A stretch of 64,000 nt of DNA from an uncultured Nitrososphaeraceae archaeon. GTDB lineage: Archaea > Thermoproteota > Nitrososphaeria > Nitrososphaerales > Nitrososphaeraceae. A program made the position numbers and the translations under genes. How positions within the stretch are numbered: position 1 is the first letter of the stretch; every line of letters begins with the position of its first letter. Under the pieces are notes generated by a model that had not been told where the DNA came from, searched no databases, and saw nothing but the letters and a program-made list of their open reading frames with translations. Positions 59,940 through 64,000 of this stretch are shown here, piece after piece. The stretch is taken from contig CAVSLF010000005.1 of the NCBI GenBank assembly GCA_963728595.1, forward strand, positions 12,783 through 76,782, given 5' to 3'.

Positions 59940-60175
59940 TACACTCAGGATTATCGAATTGTCCTGCCCTATGCCATACGCAGTCCTACGAAGTTTCCAT
60001 CCTTGTCAAATCCTGAATTCTGTTATTCTTTGTGTCAGCAACAAACCATAATCCCCCACTCCCTGGCTGACCCAAGACTCTAAATTTACCATCATAGTTA
60101 AGTTTCTGAATTCTGTTATTTCCTATATCTGTTACATAACATCACCTGCGCGGTTGAACTGACCCAGACAGATAC
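59940..60175 (-). pseudogene. Degraded NHL-repeat gene remnant
   Basis: GQFNRAGDV, YVTDIGNNRIQKLNYDGKF, FVADTKNNRIQ across broken frames. Confidence 0.6.
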
Positions 60176-60476
60176 AGGCAAGTATCAGCTATAGTAGTAA
60201 ATTTGGGAATTTCTCTAACAGGCGGACTCTAGTTTAGTGAAAGGATAAGTTAAGTTCCTGTATACTTAATAACTGGATTGGGATTTGGTCACGTTTACGA
60301 CACAGTCTTGACGTTAGATAAAGAATTGCAACAGTAGAAAAATATTCTATTAATTTCGGATATTTCTGTAAAGAAACAAGACTATAAAACCTCATTTAAC
60401 TGTTTTTAAATTTTTTTTATGGCGCATGATGAAATTGTCCCCGGTGATTTTTTGCGCTTGGACGGCTAAGCTTGGG

Positions 60477-60516
60477 ATTTTGTAAACATTTTTAGAATTT
60501 TGTAAACATTTTTAGA
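60477..60516. repeat. Perfect 20-bp tandem duplication
   Basis: ATTTTGTAAACATTTTTAGA twice. Confidence 0.9.
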
Positions 60517-60747
60517 TAGAGAATCTGAAGAAAAATGCTACAACCAGTAGTATGTAGCATTAATGCCGCTCATGGTAAAATAGAATTTACGGAATCAGTG
60601 TATCTTTATTAGAATTAACTACAAAACGCCCGCCACGTTGGGGTCATGATTATGGAGGGTCAGATAAAGCAATTCGTACCTAAAGCCTGCCATAATTCAC
60701 GGTATGATTAAAGAAGCTCCCCAGGGTATTATGCTAGAAAAAATATT

Positions 60748-61360
60748 CTATTTTTTATAATATGCAGCAAAAGTATTAACTGGCGGGTTTTGAACCAAAT
60801 CGTTTACAAATTGTTTCCTTATTAGCTTTCCATACACAACTAAATCTCTGGCTAGCATATCTAAACGTGACGATAATCTTTTGTTTATAACTTTTCTCTT
60901 ATCATCAAAGTCATCTTCAGGATTTATTGATACGCCATACGGTATACTCCAACCATAGCATTGTCTTACCGCAGTACGCATCTGGTCCATAACTGTAAGA
61001 CCCTTTTCATGGGAGGCAACAATATATCCGAAAGTTTTGCCTGCAAATTCTGACCAAAAGTAGTCCAAGAAATTCTTGAGTGAGCCTGACATTGACCCAT
61101 GATAATCTGGTGTTGCAAGAATATATGCATCAGCCCATTCAACAAGTTCGGTCACCTGAACTATTTCATGTGTGTCGTCTTTAGCCGCATATAACATTGG
61201 TAAATTTGTTTGTCTTAAATCTAAGAGTTTTGTTTCTGCCCCGTTACCTTTAGCCATATCCAGTATCATGTTCAATGCGGTAGTACCTGTAAGACCCCTG
61301 CCGCATGCTGGACCCTACACCTAAAACATTCAGTTTAAGGCCTGATTCAATATCTGTCAT
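60748..61360 (-). CDS. NADPH-dependent FMN reductase (frameshift near 61290; true start 61360)
   Basis: VLGVGSSMRQGS, ATPDYHGSMSGSLKNFLD. Confidence 0.9.
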
Positions 61361-61361
61361 T

Positions 61362-62447
61362 TTATGATCCTGCTCGATGATAATCTATTGATGAGTATGT
61401 GTTTCCATACAACAAAGTCTTGATCATATCAGAGGAAATAAAATCATGTGGAAATCCCAACTCAATTTTGCTTATGTCATCCAATCTTTTCAATTGGTCC
61501 GGTGATAAATCAACATCCAAAGAACCAAGATTATCCCTCATCTGGGCTCTAGATCTAGCACCAACAATTGGTATTATGACTCCTCTATCACTTTGATGTC
61601 TTAACCAGCTTAATGCGACTTGTGATGATGTCTTGTTTATTTCCGTCGCTATTATTTGTACCTCCTTTGCTATCGAGAGATTTCTTTCGTTCACAAACCC
61701 CGAAGTCATTGGATTGTTAGGCTCGAACCTTTTTTTTTCCTGAATCTTATTATTGTATTTTCCTGAAAGAACTCCGCCTCCCAAAGGAGACCAGGCAGTT
61801 ACACCAATGTCTAAATGACGAGCCATCGGAAGCAAGTCCCTTTCAGGAGATCTCTCCACCAAACTATACATTATTTGAAGACCGATGAATGGGGACCACC
61901 CTTGAAGTTCTGACATGGTGTTAGCTTGTGCAACAACCCACGCAGGTGCGTCAGACATTCCCACGTACAGAACCTTTCCAGAACTTATCAGGTCGTCAAG
62001 AGAGCGCATGAGCTCTTCAATAGGAGTCATGTAATCCCATGCATGCACCCAGAGCATGTCTATGTAAGCAGTGTTTAAGCGTTTTAGGCTGGCATTAACA
62101 GATTGTAATAGATTCTTACGATGACTTCCACTAGCATTGGGATCATTAGGATTCGTTGTCAGGGTGTATTTTGTAGCTAAAACAAATTTTTCTCGTTCAC
62201 TTGCAATGAGCTCTCCAACATATTTTTCGCTCGTCCCATTCTGGTAGTTATTGGCGGTATCAATAAAATTGCCGCCCGCCTCTACAAATAAATCAAAGAT
62301 TTCCTTGGATTCTTCTTTAGAAGCTCCTCTAAGAAATGCACCCCAATCTTCTCCAAAGGTCATTGTTCCTAAGCAAAGTTCAGAAACTCGCAATCCGCTT
62401 TTTCCGAGTATCTTGTACCTCATTTCTTGGAATGCTCCATCTTCCAT
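61362..62447 (-). CDS. Aldo/keto reductase
   Basis: LGKSGLRVSELCLGTM, FIDTANNY, LATK, AWSPLGGG. Confidence 0.95.
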   Translation of the reverse strand: MEDGAFQEMRYKILGKSGLRVSELCLGTMTFGEDWGAFLRGASKEESKEIFDLFVEAGGNFIDTANNYQNGTSEKYVGELIASEREKFVLATKYTLTTNPNDPNASGSHRKNLLQSVNASLKRLNTAYIDMLWVHAWDYMTPIEELMRSLDDLISSGKVLYVGMSDAPAWVVAQANTMSELQGWSPFIGLQIMYSLVERSPERDLLPMARHLDIGVTAWSPLGGGVLSGKYNNKIQEKKRFEPNNPMTSGFVNERNLSIAKEVQIIATEINKTSSQVALSWLRHQSDRGVIIPIVGARSRAQMRDNLGSLDVDLSPDQLKRLDDISKIELGFPHDFISSDMIKTLLYGNTYSSIDYHRAGS

Positions 62448-62531
62448 TCAATTATTTGAAACCTGTTCAATAGGTGCGATGTTTGTATCTTATAATTCTG
62501 ATAAGCGTTCATACAACTATTTGTGTCAACT

Positions 62532-62559
62532 AATTTATAAACGTGATAGTTTACAAATT
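62532..62559. promoter_or_regulatory. Palindromic operator candidate upstream of the AKR-FMN reductase genes
   Basis: AATTTATAAAC-GTGATA-GTTTACAAATT. Confidence 0.7.
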
Positions 62560-62615
62560 ATATAAATTAATTTTTGCTAGTTAGGAAATATCAAATTTGA
62601 ATCATAAACCCTGTG

Positions 62616-63284
62616 TTAGAGATATTCTTCTTTTTTCTCTTTAATTACAAACTTGCATACCATGTCTCCTTTAGCAGCTCTATGGGTTGTTTCGATCTTC
62701 GCATCAAGAAGCGCTTCGAATAATTCTGTCTCTGTGGTACAGGCTTCCCAGTGATTTTCAGCTATTTCAAGTATGGGACAGTTATATTCTAGAAGGGTAT
62801 GGTGCCCATTTTGTCGCCTATTTTTTTTTGATTCGGCGATGTATCCTTCTTCATCCCTAATCTTTGCTAGTTCCTTGACTTTTTCGTCAAAATTTAGGGT
62901 TTTGAGGCGTTTATTATATTTATTAAAAAGCTCTACTTGACGCTCCCGAAGAACTTTTTTGACACCTTCTTTTCCCATATTCTTTTCAATGAAATCGAGG
63001 GCACAAACTGCAAGTGCACCATATGAACTAGGAAAAATAGTCTTACTTTTACTAGTTAAGCGATACTCCATCTTTGGCCTACCCACACCTTCTCTGATTT
63101 CGATACTTTCTACTAATCCTCTTTTCTGGAGTCGCGTAAGATGCTTATGAACTGCCATCTTTGATATTTTCATAGACTTGGCCAGCTCTTGAAGTCTTGC
63201 TTTCTGCATCACTTTGAGATAATATAGAATCTTTTTCCTAGGGTCACTATAATCTGAAACTATATTGTCAAATTCTATAGCCAA
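62616..63284 (-). CDS. SufR-like winged-helix regulator with C-terminal Cys motif
   Basis: HTH AVHKHL..L...GLV, GRP; YNCPI-x-EAC...MVC. Confidence 0.85.
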   Translation of the reverse strand: MAIEFDNIVSDYSDPRKKILYYLKVMQKARLQELAKSMKISKMAVHKHLTRLQKRGLVESIEIREGVGRPKMEYRLTSKSKTIFPSSYGALAVCALDFIEKNMGKEGVKKVLRERQVELFNKYNKRLKTLNFDEKVKELAKIRDEEGYIAESKKNRRQNGHHTLLEYNCPILEIAENHWEACTTETELFEALLDAKIETTHRAAKGDMVCKFVIKEKKEEYL

Positions 63285-63316
63285 TTGTAATTACTCTAAA
63301 TCATTTGCTAGATTGA

Positions 63317-63344
63317 AATTTATATACTATTCGGTTTACAAATT
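63317..63344. promoter_or_regulatory. Palindromic operator candidate upstream of the regulator
   Basis: AATTTATATAC-TATTCG-GTTTACAAATT. Confidence 0.7.
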
Positions 63345-63845
63345 GCTACTGAGTATAGAAAATCAAAAATTTCTGATTGATTGAAATTAATTCAAATAAA
63401 AAATTTAGTTAGACAATCAGGGGTAGTACCTAGTTATAAATTTGGTGGGTAGTAGGAGCAGATTGTCATTATTTTATTCTTAGTTGCACAATCCTCTTGG
63501 AGGAAACAAAAAAGTTTCTGGGAAAAAATAGGACTACTTCTATCGACACGGTAGAAGTTTGCATAATCGATGATGAAACAATAAGTTACTCCAAAGCCGA
63601 ATTTGCAATCCTAAAGTCCTAAATGATAGAAAGAACAAGTCACCAATTACCTATTTTTACATATAACCTTGTATTAGCACCATAAAATAGGGCCGTCATG
63701 AATAATTGAGAAGGTAAAACCTATCATTAACGGCATTTCGAATTATTAACGGTCTCCACGATAACTTCCAGGCATTTTGGTAAGATTGTAAGAATTCATA
63801 TTAGATGAGTTACGATTGGTGAAGAAGGGAAGATAGGAAATAACA

Positions 63846-64000
63846 TTGCCAATTGAATTTCCGTCGGTGTTCTCGGTGTCAATGTTTGATGGTAGGAAAC
63901 TTCTGGTAATTATGGCAGTATTAACTGTCATACTAACAGTAGAATCCCAGATTAGCACTATAGCTGATTTTATTCCTGAACAATTGGCTTCCAGTCAAGG
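63846..64000 (+). CDS. Membrane protein (partial, runs off window end)
   Basis: MFDGRKLLVIMAVLTVILTVESQISTIADFIPEQ. Confidence 0.55.
   Translation, partial: MPIEFPSVFSVSMFDGRKLLVIMAVLTVILTVESQISTIADFIPEQLASSQ

Overview
AT-rich archaeal accessory region. The gene content (thermosome, archaeal Hsp20, Cdc48, Nre with a PIP box, PQQ/GSDH sugar dehydrogenases, NHL propellers, FxLYD/PsbP-like/cupredoxin surface proteins, many C2H2 and Zn-ribbon microproteins) points to a soil ammonia-oxidising archaeon (Nitrososphaeraceae; inferred, not searched). I found no rRNA, intact tRNA, CRISPR array or recognisable transposase/integrase. About 20 genes are split by small indels, so many apparent pseudogenes may be assembly errors. 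Most notable: (1) a general-stress/desiccation-like cluster (PRC barrels, YsnF/AvaK-like, YciF-like ferritin, GvpU-like, Hsp20-Cdc48, divergent thermosome, hydrophilic peptides); (2) an expanded family of secreted N-glycosylation-sequon-rich repeat proteins sharing a conserved promoter plus signal-peptide cassette (5 copies); (3) about 17 Zn-finger microproteins, several absent from the ORF track; (4) a twice-occurring 28-bp palindromic operator around a SufR-like regulator next to AKR and FMN reductase genes; (5) orphan defence-like genes (UDG/Brig1-like, SLATT-like, HEPN-like) and an M23 peptidase; (6) scattered tRNA 3'-end-like scars, chimeric junctions and a hairpin-rich non-coding block at 48.3-48.6 kb. 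All family assignments are by eye from motifs.
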